Below, piece by piece: positions 1 to 8,209 of a DNA stretch of 64,000 nt. The translations under genes were made by a program, and so were the position numbers. Below the pieces are notes generated by a model. It made no database searches, had not been told where the DNA came from, and saw nothing but the letters and a program-made list of their open reading frames with translations. How positions within the stretch are numbered: position 1 is the first letter of the stretch; every line of letters begins with the position of its first letter. The stretch comes from a virus (Duplodnaviria > Caudoviricetes), in IMG/VR virus record IMGVR_UViG_3300047322_001193, positions 1,735 to 65,734 of that record; one strand, 5' to 3'.

Positions 1-1
1 C

Positions 2-124
2 GCCTATTCCGACGCGGAGACGATTGCCGAATTGCAGGGCGACGTCCACACGCAGATGAGCCACTTCGCACACATTCTGAATGAGGCGCGAGAGATCGCA
101 GCCGGAAACGGGAGGACGAAATGA
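2..124 (+). CDS. Hypothetical protein, 3' partial
   Basis: Open frame (AYSDAETIAELQ...RTK*) ending in an ATGA overlap with the next gene. Confidence 0.6.
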   Translation, partial: AYSDAETIAELQGDVHTQMSHFAHILNEAREIAAGNGRTK

Positions 125-411
125 GAACGACATCTGAAGGCAACGGATTGTATGAGGTCTCGCGCTGCCACGAGATCGGCGAGGCCTACCTTGACGCTCG
201 CGTGCAGCTTCAGAAACCGTTCGATGCCGCAGAGACAGAGAAGGTTCGCACGGGGTCGAGAGCGGTGGAGACCTGCGACAGCGCCGACTGCACCAAGATC
301 CATTTCTGGAGCGTGTACGAGCGGCAAACATGGGGCGGTGCGCTGTGCATCGCGGACTGTCCGCTGGAAGCATACGCGCTGGGTATTGCCAGCGCATTGG
401 AGGCGAAATGA
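121..411 (+). CDS. Hypothetical protein
   Basis: GGAGG RBS; ATGA overlaps at both ends. Confidence 0.75.
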   Translation: MRTTSEGNGLYEVSRCHEIGEAYLDARVQLQKPFDAAETEKVRTGSRAVETCDSADCTKIHFWSVYERQTWGGALCIADCPLEAYALGIASALEAK

Positions 412-1058
412 AACGACGACCGCAGTTCAGCAAAACCCAGCGTGCCAGCATCCATTCGATTGGGATGGATGTGGCCTGCATCATGTCCAGCTTCGATTGG
501 AAAGCGTGGCAGGGCGAAGACTCACGCAGCGTGTTCCAAGCGGCCACAGAGGCTGCTGTGGCCGTTGAAGACCACATCTACAGCACCGGCAAGGATGTGT
601 TCTCGGATGAGGACATCGACTTCACAGAGTTCTCAGAACGGATCGCTGCGAAGATCGAAGGCGGCAGCCACATCAACTGGTCGACTGAGATTCCGAAGAT
701 GATCGCGGCATGGATTCTCGAGTCCATCGACCCGATGTGCAGCCGCTGCGGCAAAGCGATTCGCCCGTGCAAGTCGTGGGGCATGGTGAAGGGTGAGTAC
801 GTGCACAGTAACCCAGCGTGCGACGGGACATCGCGGAACATAATCGACGTCGCACTCGATGCGGATCTCGCAGCCGATGCAGCACGCGTTCTCTACCTGC
901 ACAATGACCAGCCGTTCACCTGTCCGACATGCGGCAGCCGCACGGTGTTGTCGAGCGAGTTCGACGGCGGCACGATTGAACTGTGCCTGACCTGCGACAA
1001 AGCGTTCGAGGTTTGGAACGACAACGACGCTCAGGAGGAGAACGACGATGCCGAATAA
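408..1058 (+). CDS. Hypothetical protein with C-terminal zinc ribbons
   Basis: GGAGG RBS, ATG at 408; CSRC, CPTC, CLTC motifs. Confidence 0.75.
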   Translation: MKRRPQFSKTQRASIHSIGMDVACIMSSFDWKAWQGEDSRSVFQAATEAAVAVEDHIYSTGKDVFSDEDIDFTEFSERIAAKIEGGSHINWSTEIPKMIAAWILESIDPMCSRCGKAIRPCKSWGMVKGEYVHSNPACDGTSRNIIDVALDADLAADAARVLYLHNDQPFTCPTCGSRTVLSSEFDGGTIELCLTCDKAFEVWNDNDAQEENDDAE

Positions 1059-1212
1059 CGGCTGTCCGATGTGCGGCTCCGAGCAATGCACTTATCTCGG
1101 CACGCTGGGTTCAGTGCAGTGGGTACGCTGCGCTGCCTGTGGCTGGGATTACACAACCGAATTGGAATTGAACGACGACGACGATACTCAGGAGGAAACG
1201 AATGACGAATAA
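1048..1212 (+). CDS. Small zinc-ribbon protein (54 aa, not in ORF track)
   Basis: AGGAGG RBS; MPNNGCPMCGS...RCAACGWD. Confidence 0.7.
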   Translation: MPNNGCPMCGSEQCTYLGTLGSVQWVRCAACGWDYTTELELNDDDDTQEETNDE

Positions 1213-1429
1213 GAAGGCGCTGCAGATTGTCGAGAAATTGGCGAAGCTCGCGAACGCGCAGGGGCTCATCGTGGACGTGGATCAGGTCGAAGCCATCGAG
1301 TACATGGACAGCATCATCGCGTCCATGGACAGCTTCGTAGCTGAAGATGAGGACGACGACGAAGGGGCAGACATCACGCCCGGCACGCGAGCTGAACTGG
1401 ACAAACTGTGGGGTGGCGACAATGAGTAA
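1202..1429 (+). CDS. Small acidic hypothetical protein
   Basis: AGGAGG RBS; overlaps neighbours. Confidence 0.75.
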   Translation: MTNKKALQIVEKLAKLANAQGLIVDVDQVEAIEYMDSIIASMDSFVAEDEDDDEGADITPGTRAELDKLWGGDNE

Positions 1430-1619
1430 AGCACCCAACAAACCCGCCCAGCAGCCCCGCAGGACGACGAGAGCTCGCCAGACGGTCGTCTACCTCACTG
1501 ACGACCTCACCACGCGCCTTGCCCGTTACATGCTGGCCAAATATCCGGGCCGCCTGAATGTCCGCAACCAGATCATCGTCGACGCGATCAACGACAAGCT
1601 CACCAAGGAGGGATTCTGA
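1422..1619 (+). CDS. Ribbon-helix-helix-like DNA-binding protein
   Basis: RQTVVYLTDDLTTRLARY...RNQIIVDAINDKL matches the RHH pattern. Confidence 0.6.
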   Translation: MSKAPNKPAQQPRRTTRARQTVVYLTDDLTTRLARYMLAKYPGRLNVRNQIIVDAINDKLTKEGF

Positions 1620-1981
1620 TGGAGATGCTACTGCTGCCTGCGATGTTCCTGTTCGTTTGTGTGGTGGGGATCCTCAGCTTCAGAGCAGGCTATTGGGCCG
1701 GGAGGTGGGGCAAGTAATCCACCATCACAGCACACAGAACAGGGCCGGGGGGTTGCCGATGCCGATCCCCCGCGGCCACCCCGCCACCCCTCGCCGCCCG
1801 TCCCCCACCTCACCTGGCATGCGCCCACGAAACGCTATACTGGTGTCCAGAGCAAATAATATCGACCGAGCCATCCCACACCACCCTGGAATTCATTGGA
1901 CTATCACGCCCGTTAGTTTATTATCGCCCGCAGTCCACCCTCTCCAGCTCAGCCCGCAACCTCGGGTTACTCTTCTTCCCG

Positions 1982-2359
1982 GTGGCGGACTCGACTGTGC
2001 AGACAACAAACACGCGCTTCGATTCCAATTTACGAGAGCGGCTCAGACAACTCGCGATCCAGGCTGGCATCACCCCTGACGACGCGGCCCGGCGAGCCCA
2101 CATCCCAATCGCCACTGTCCAGAGCTGGTTCAAGCCGAGTGTGAGATTGAATCCCACGGTGCAGAATCTCCGAGCATACTGTGCCGCCTGCCATTCCTCG
2201 CTCGGCGAGCTCTTCGACTTCACACTCTCCGACCAGCCACGCACCTCTACCCAGGATCTGCTTCGCGTCATCGAACGCGCCACCCGAAATCCCAACAAAC
2301 GTCACTGGGTGGAGAGTTTCGTCGAGATGCTGCGGCACATCGAGCGCGGCAGCACGTAA
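1982..2359 (+). CDS. XRE-family HTH regulator (repressor candidate)
   Basis: LRQLAIQAGITPDDAARRAHIPIATVQSW...NPTVQNL. Confidence 0.8.
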   Translation: MADSTVQTTNTRFDSNLRERLRQLAIQAGITPDDAARRAHIPIATVQSWFKPSVRLNPTVQNLRAYCAACHSSLGELFDFTLSDQPRTSTQDLLRVIERATRNPNKRHWVESFVEMLRHIERGST

Positions 2360-2456
2360 CCGCACGCCTCAACTTACCCAAATCTGTCACATTTGTGTCA
2401 ATACTCATCCACTTTGTGACAGAATTAGGTGATATACCGTCTTTGCAGTTATCCTA

Positions 2457-2485
2457 TTGACCTTGCTGCACGTATCGACTATAAA
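2457..2485 (+). promoter_or_regulatory. Sigma70-type promoter
   Basis: TTGACC-17 bp-TATAAA. Confidence 0.6.
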
Positions 2486-2761
2486 TTCACGCCAGTACCA
2501 CCCTACAGTGGACTGGGCGCAGACGACACCACAACCCATTCGACTGTAGACTGAAGCTGAGTAAGCATTTCAAGGGAGAGACGACACCTTGACTGCAGCA
2601 GACCGCGATTGCCACAAATCAACCACACCACACCACAATTTGAAGGGATTACTATGTCACGAGAGATCGGAACGACGCGCCGACTTGTGTCTGCTGGGCA
2701 GGCAGCAACACACGCCAGTCGACGCAGCAGACGACTAGCCAACAATACGGAGATGAATCAG

Positions 2762-3130
2762 ATGCCACGCAAAGCCAAAGACCCTGCTGAAGAGCGCGTG
2801 ATGCTGCCGCCGCAGAACGAGATTGAAGTGGCCGAACCCGGCACGTCAGGGGAGACCGTCAATCAGAAGAAGCTGAGAGAATTCTATGAACTGCAGAAAG
2901 AGTATGTGGAGCTGCGCAATCGGTTCCTGGCGAAATATGCCCAGCTCCAGGATCTCATCATCAAGGGTGCCGACATCACGCAGGGTACGTACAAAGTGCA
3001 GTATGGAGTGCGGCTGGTGAGACGGCCCAGATACAAACAAGTCGTGATCGATTTGAAGGGTGAAGCCTACCAGCAGCGAGTATTGGAGAGCACTCAACCT
3101 CACGCGCATTTCAGAGTGAAGGTGGATTAG
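2762..3130 (+). CDS. Hypothetical protein (coiled coil)
   Basis: GGAG RBS before ATG 2762. Confidence 0.7.
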   Translation: MPRKAKDPAEERVMLPPQNEIEVAEPGTSGETVNQKKLREFYELQKEYVELRNRFLAKYAQLQDLIIKGADITQGTYKVQYGVRLVRRPRYKQVVIDLKGEAYQQRVLESTQPHAHFRVKVD

Positions 3131-3134
3131 GACC

Positions 3135-4073
3135 ATGGCATACATCAGACGACAACAACCCACACCCGCCGCTGATCGAGCACCACAGGAACTCGATCTC
3201 AATCTCAAATCATTACGCGAAGAAGCGTTCAGCAATCTGCTCAACAATCTCAGAGAATCATTGAAGGCATTTGACGAGATCGACGCGCTCGATAGGATGT
3301 TGCAGCGCCAGGTGGAGAAGACCGCCACTACAGCCGCAGTCGCAGCCCAAGCGCATACGAATGGTACGAACGGTCATGGGCGCACCGGACGCCCGCCGGG
3401 TATCGTTGAACATAAGGCACGCAAGGGAAGCGCCGGAGTGCACGCCAGTGTCGAAGAGATGGAAGCACGCAAACGTGCCGCATTAGAGATTCTGCGGGCG
3501 ACGGGCACGGGTGGCATCACCACTGTCGAGTTCATGGAAGAGCTGCGGGATCGCAGGGTATTCCCTAAGAGTCACCTCACTCTGCGTTCATCCGTACGAA
3601 AGCTGATGATGCCGCTGATCCGCCAGAAGCAGGTGATCGCGATCAGAGGGGAGGGTCGGCACGCGGAGATGAAGTACTTCCTGGCTGTGCCGAGACCAGC
3701 TCACAAACCCACGAAACAGTCGAAACCACTCACCACCGCCCAGACTCAGCAAGAGCGCGCCGCACTGACACGAGTAAAGAAGAAGAGCGCGAGTTCAGTT
3801 GGCGATGGCCTGTCCATGCGCCAGCTCGTCACCGATGCGCTTATGAAATTTCCGGCGGGTGCGACTCCGGCAGCTGTCACTGAAGTCCTGCTCAAAGACG
3901 GCATCCCACCCAAACGCGGTAAGAGCGGACTCAATCTCCACGTCAACTGGGCGCTGGGTGCATTGGCCGAGCGTGGCCGGGCCTCGAAGCGTCAGGTGGC
4001 GGGTAAGCCTGTTTACACTCTCAAGCGGCCTAGCATCGCCGTAACTAAATCCGACACCGCATCCGAAACCTAG
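3135..4073 (+). CDS. Basic protein with two winged-helix-like domains
   Basis: ALEILRATG...ITTVEFMEEL and LVTDALMKFP..ATPAAVTEVL...LGALAERG segments. Confidence 0.65.
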   Translation: MAYIRRQQPTPAADRAPQELDLNLKSLREEAFSNLLNNLRESLKAFDEIDALDRMLQRQVEKTATTAAVAAQAHTNGTNGHGRTGRPPGIVEHKARKGSAGVHASVEEMEARKRAALEILRATGTGGITTVEFMEELRDRRVFPKSHLTLRSSVRKLMMPLIRQKQVIAIRGEGRHAEMKYFLAVPRPAHKPTKQSKPLTTAQTQQERAALTRVKKKSASSVGDGLSMRQLVTDALMKFPAGATPAAVTEVLLKDGIPPKRGKSGLNLHVNWALGALAERGRASKRQVAGKPVYTLKRPSIAVTKSDTASET

Positions 4074-4111
4074 CACGACACGAGAATGAGAATGAAAGGG
4101 ATCTGGCAACG

Positions 4112-4429
4112 ATGGCGAGTAGACCAGTCAAGAAGAAGCGTCGCACCACCACCACCACCAACGGCACCACCCACGGCACCGAGCAATCGGGATCTGATGA
4201 TCGCGGCGGTCAGATCACCCGCACTCTACGCATCCTGGAAATGCTGGCGCATGGCCCTCAGACCACGCACGAGATTGCCCGCGCCGAGAAGATCAGCATG
4301 CGCACCACAATGAGGTTCATGAAGATCCTCGCGGCCCACACTCCGATCTATTTGCGCAAGAAGCCGGGAGATTCCAGCAGCAGCTGGACGCTGGATGTCG
4401 AGGAATATGTGGCGAGGTTCAAAGCGTGA
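4112..4429 (+). CDS. HTH / winged-helix DNA-binding protein
   Basis: ILEMLAHGPQTTHEIARAEKISMRTTMRFMKIL. Confidence 0.75.
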   Translation: MASRPVKKKRRTTTTTNGTTHGTEQSGSDDRGGQITRTLRILEMLAHGPQTTHEIARAEKISMRTTMRFMKILAAHTPIYLRKKPGDSSSSWTLDVEEYVARFKA

Positions 4430-4656
4430 AGTTGTGCGCTTGTGGCAAGCCACTGCACTACACCGACCGCCAGATCCAGCGTGCCGTGCAGTGGCTCGTC
4501 GATCAGAAAGGAGAATGTGTCGAAGTGAAGGTGATCGGCAAACCCGACACGTATCTGGTGCCGCGTCACTTCATCGCATTGCACGGAATGAAAGCGTCCG
4601 AGCTGGAGGATCTGGCAGCGTTCTACGGATTCAAGCAAGTGAGGAAAGCCCAATGA
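4426..4656 (+). CDS. Hypothetical protein
   Basis: GTGA overlap; CACG motif. Confidence 0.7.
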   Translation: MKLCACGKPLHYTDRQIQRAVQWLVDQKGECVEVKVIGKPDTYLVPRHFIALHGMKASELEDLAAFYGFKQVRKAQ

Positions 4657-4889
4657 GCAATATACGAATCAAGCTGGCATCGACAACCGGCGCGACACCG
4701 AAACCCAGCACGGCACCGAGGAATGCGCCGAAGTGTTCGATCCACCACGTCCCGCTCATCAGCTTCTGTCCCGCCTGTCGTGGTGCGGTCAAGAGTAAGA
4801 AGAAGGCCGTCTCATCGCGTGAGAACGGCAAGCTGGGTGGCCGTCCACTCGGCAGCAAAGACACCAAGAGTCGAGCGCGTGCGAAGTGA
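4653..4889 (+). CDS. Small basic zinc/DNA-binding protein
   Basis: CSIH...CPAC and SSRENGKLGGRP motif. Confidence 0.65.
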   Translation: MSNIRIKLASTTGATPKPSTAPRNAPKCSIHHVPLISFCPACRGAVKSKKKAVSSRENGKLGGRPLGSKDTKSRARAK

Positions 4890-5125
4890 ACGGGCTCGTA
4901 ATGTGGGTGATCACGCGCAACCCGCTCGATTACCCGCCGAATATGTTTGTCGCCCGCAAGTGGACCTGGCATGACGAGGTGCGCGACATGCTGCCCACCA
5001 CCCAGACCATCGCGGTGGAGGACATCACCAGCCTGCGCCGCACCCTGGTCGAGGAGTATGGAATGTCACTCGCGATTGATCGTGCACCCGATGACGATCC
5101 GACTGTATTGGAGACCTGGATATGA
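4886..5125 (+). CDS. Hypothetical protein
   Basis: Coupled overlaps; NPLDYP...VARKW...DDDPTVLETWI. Confidence 0.75.
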   Translation: MNGLVMWVITRNPLDYPPNMFVARKWTWHDEVRDMLPTTQTIAVEDITSLRRTLVEEYGMSLAIDRAPDDDPTVLETWI

Positions 5126-5577
5126 GTCTGTACAACATGCTGCACGGCACCGATCCGTACGCCGGGCTGTTCCTCAAGATCCTCAACCTCAACCCGCACC
5201 ACATCGCACGCTTCAGAGATTGCCACCTGAATGCAGATGGCACTGAGATCTATCTTCTCACTCGCACTGGCGGCGGCAATCGAACAGAGTATGTGGACTG
5301 GTGGGCAAAGATCCGCATGCATCAGGATTACATTTCAGATCGCGACGACGATTACGACTCCACATTCGCCATCACCACATTCCGCGTCCCCGACTGGGCA
5401 AAGAAGATCGCCTCAGTGCAGGCGAATGGTATCGAGCCCGAGACTCTGCAGCAGAAGACGGAGCGCGTCATGAAGGAACTCAGCACCAAATCTGTAGACG
5501 AGCTGGAGAAGGATCCGCGCACGAAAGATATTGTGGAGGCCTTCCGCCAGCTCTTTGCCCGAACAACAACGAAATAA
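5122..5577 (+). CDS. Hypothetical phage protein
   Basis: ATGA overlap; RFRD...TRTGGGNR...DDDYDSTFA. Confidence 0.8.
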   Translation: MSLYNMLHGTDPYAGLFLKILNLNPHHIARFRDCHLNADGTEIYLLTRTGGGNRTEYVDWWAKIRMHQDYISDRDDDYDSTFAITTFRVPDWAKKIASVQANGIEPETLQQKTERVMKELSTKSVDELEKDPRTKDIVEAFRQLFARTTTK

Positions 5578-5590
5578 GAAGGAGAGCATC

Positions 5591-6070
5591 ATGGTCGACG
5601 ACAACAAGATCAGACGGTACTGGCCGCTGGAGACTTCGCACCTGGAGCGCGGCTATTCATTCGAGTTACGTTCCGCCCTGACCTGGGAATTGATTCACCA
5701 TTTCGGAGCGGTCGCTGGTGCTGATGGTGGAGAGGATTCTGCAGGACGGGCGAAGCTGCGCCTCTCCACACCCGGCGAACTGGTGACGCGCTGCTACGAG
5801 ATCACCGACATGTTCATGCAGGCGTGCCAGGAGCGTGGTGAGATTCGCGACCTGGGCATGAGTGATGAGGAGGCGGCTGAAGAAACGGGCCGGATCATGC
5901 GCATCAGGAGCCGGGCCGAGTATCCGGTCAGTGACATGCCGAAAGAAGGCACGCTGCCGGAAGACGAGGTCGAGGTCATGAAGCTGCGATCCAAACACGC
6001 CGAAGCCAGAAAGACACTGCGGCTCGAACAGATGCGAGAGATCGAAGAGTTCAGGTCGAAATCGCAATGA
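5591..6070 (+). CDS. Hypothetical protein
   Basis: AAGGAG RBS before ATG 5591. Confidence 0.75.
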   Translation: MVDDNKIRRYWPLETSHLERGYSFELRSALTWELIHHFGAVAGADGGEDSAGRAKLRLSTPGELVTRCYEITDMFMQACQERGEIRDLGMSDEEAAEETGRIMRIRSRAEYPVSDMPKEGTLPEDEVEVMKLRSKHAEARKTLRLEQMREIEEFRSKSQ

Positions 6071-6300
6071 CAATGACGCCCGAACAACGGCTGGAGGATC
6101 TCGAAGCCTGGCTGCTGAGCGAGTACAACGCGACACTGGACATCTGGGCGCACAGCGAATCGCCGACAATGAAAGCGATCTGGTACGCCCGGATGCAGAC
6201 CTTACAAGCAGTGGCCAGGCATCTGATCACATCACGTGACGACCTGGTACCGGTATTCAACGAGCGCTTCATGCCGTTTACCCAGCACGTCAAGTTATGA
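6067..6300 (+). CDS. Hypothetical protein
   Basis: ATGA overlaps. Confidence 0.7.
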   Translation: MTMTPEQRLEDLEAWLLSEYNATLDIWAHSESPTMKAIWYARMQTLQAVARHLITSRDDLVPVFNERFMPFTQHVKL

Positions 6301-6596
6301 AGTCACCCGAACGCATTGCGCTCACCGAATTCCGCAAGTTACTGGATAACTTCTTCTATGCCGAGTGCACCCACGACCCGGTGAAGAAGCAGCTCGTCTG
6401 TACCGCCTGCATGAACGATATCCGCGTCGTGCTGTGCTCGATCTCCCTCCACGCCGAAGAGTTCGATAAGTGTGCCGGGCCCGGCACTGTTGTGCAGATG
6501 CTGATCCCCTATTGCATCGTGTGCGAACGCCCGCCTGAAGTGTATGGCTGCGTTCACATGCCGTACGGGCAGGTGCGGAATCTCTTCGGAATGTGA
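6297..6596 (+). CDS. Cys-rich hypothetical protein
   Basis: CTAC and CIVC motifs; ATGA overlap. Confidence 0.7.
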   Translation: MKSPERIALTEFRKLLDNFFYAECTHDPVKKQLVCTACMNDIRVVLCSISLHAEEFDKCAGPGTVVQMLIPYCIVCERPPEVYGCVHMPYGQVRNLFGM

Positions 6597-6615
6597 GAGG
6601 TGTGGTGACTTCTAT

Positions 6616-6644
6616 TTGACAAATATGGGTACATTTAGGACAAT
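6616..6644 (+). promoter_or_regulatory. Sigma70-type promoter
   Basis: TTGACA-17 bp-GACAAT. Confidence 0.65.
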
Positions 6645-6716
6645 ATAGGGCATCAGACGACCACAGGCGGGTACGACACCGCCAAATTCAGTGCAGTCGT
6701 CGGCAAGCTGGATGAC

Positions 6717-7199
6717 ATGCCCGACAGTAAAGTTAGGATGACGAGCAACCCCAACAACGACAGCCACCCCACTTCATTCCATCCCGTTCACTTTCTGCAG
6801 CAGCTGGAGCGCGAGATCGAGCGCCGACAGGAAGAGCTCACCGCTCTCATGCATGTGCGAGAAGTGCTGCTGGGTGGCCAGCCCGCTACCACCACCGCTC
6901 TGCCAGGCCCCAAAGCAGTGCACGTCTCCCACACCGTCGCCGACGCGGTAGAGGTGATCCTGGGGCGCGGAGACGGTACCGGATTGCACGTTGCGGATCT
7001 GCTGCCCGCACTGCACAAGCACCACGGCATCCAGATCACCAGCAAGAATCTGATCAACACCCTCAATCGCTGGGTGACAAGAGGCAGACGGTTCAAGCGT
7101 ACCGCACCGAACACATTCGCGCTGGCTGTTGATGGTGCTGGGCGTAGTGAATCGGCTACCACAGTCGCTGTGACTGGCGGCCACCGCCGACACCGCTGA
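6717..7199 (+). CDS. Coiled coil plus winged-helix (HARE-HTH-like) protein
   Basis: TVADAVEVIL...LHVADLL...LINTLNRW...FKRTAPNTFAL; start uncertain (6717 or 6738). Confidence 0.65.
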   Translation: MPDSKVRMTSNPNNDSHPTSFHPVHFLQQLEREIERRQEELTALMHVREVLLGGQPATTTALPGPKAVHVSHTVADAVEVILGRGDGTGLHVADLLPALHKHHGIQITSKNLINTLNRWVTRGRRFKRTAPNTFALAVDGAGRSESATTVAVTGGHRRHR

Positions 7200-7282
7200 G
7201 AAATTATTTGCTGCGGGCGGGGTGGACTGTAGTACCCTTGTCTCGTCGTCTGATCGGAAAGAGCCTGCACGCTTTCCAGATT

Positions 7283-7320
7283 CGGCCCGGCTGGTAACCC
7301 CAGACCGGGCCGTTTCATTT
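7283..7320 (+). terminator. Rho-independent terminator
   Basis: CGGCCCGG-CTGG/CCAG-CCGGGCCG hairpin followed by TTTCATTT. Confidence 0.65.
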
Positions 7321-7400
7321 GTAGGATCAGAATTTCACTTCCCCACCACACCCCTCTCGCTGTAGTCTGACGGGCATTAGACGACAGATGGGAGAGCTCC

Positions 7401-7817
7401 ATGCCGCTGTCGTCGGTATTCAACCGCACCCCGACCACCACCCAAATACGCGTTGCCATCCCGGATGAGATCCTCGATCAGTACCAGGCGCAGGCCCAAA
7501 CTCTCGGGATCGATGTCGAGACGCTCTTAGCGCGGCGGCTGGCACAAGCGGTGGAATACACAGCCTCGAAGCCTCTCTACTTCTCCGATGCAGATCGCCA
7601 GGAGCTCGAACAGACGCTCGGCAAGAACGTGCTACACACTCGTGATGCGATCAGCCAGATCAAGATCGCGATGACGGTGCGCATCCACAATCTCAAAGTG
7701 CAGCTCAAGCCCGCCGTACTCACCCGACTCAAGACTCGCTGCCTGGGCATGGGCTGGGAGGAGTTCGTCGAACAGCGCGTCGTTCAAGCCCTCGAACAGT
7801 ATGTGGGGATGAGGTAA
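7401..7817 (+). CDS. Hypothetical protein, possibly tandem RHH-like
   Basis: GGGAG RBS; IRVAIPDEILDQY and VQLKPAVLTRL segments. Confidence 0.7.
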   Translation: MPLSSVFNRTPTTTQIRVAIPDEILDQYQAQAQTLGIDVETLLARRLAQAVEYTASKPLYFSDADRQELEQTLGKNVLHTRDAISQIKIAMTVRIHNLKVQLKPAVLTRLKTRCLGMGWEEFVEQRVVQALEQYVGMR

Positions 7818-7823
7818 CGGACG

Positions 7824-8207
7824 ATGGCAGTGCTGCACGATTACGAATGCGACAGCTGCGGCGCACTGGTCGAGGATCTCCCGCTGCAGAAGAAGTCGCA
7901 CCGCTGCCCGAAGTGTAAGAAGGGCACGCTGCAGATCATCTTCCGATCATTACTGGCGCGCAATGCATCCGCACTCGACTCTCATTCAATGACTGTGGTC
8001 TACGAAGATCCTCGTACAGGTAAGGTGGCCTATCCCGGTCGTAATGATGTGCCGATGCCCGCCAGATACCAGCAGCAAGGTTACGTCAGAAAGGAACTGC
8101 GTTCGTTACGCGAGCTCGACAGGTTTAGTGAACGCCACGGTCTGGTCAATGAGGCGGCACACTACAACTCCGGTAACGGTTACGATTCTGAACCCGGACG
8201 GCGCTGA
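7824..8207 (+). CDS. FmdB-like zinc-ribbon protein
   Basis: HDYECDSCG...CPKC immediately before portal. Confidence 0.75.
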   Translation: MAVLHDYECDSCGALVEDLPLQKKSHRCPKCKKGTLQIIFRSLLARNASALDSHSMTVVYEDPRTGKVAYPGRNDVPMPARYQQQGYVRKELRSLRELDRFSERHGLVNEAAHYNSGNGYDSEPGRR

Positions 8208-8209
8208 CA

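Noticed and set aside
2609-2761. Extended N-termini in the ORF track (e.g. 2609, 27053, 52058, 56908)
   Set aside because: Downstream ATGs with RBS or stop-start overlaps are better starts
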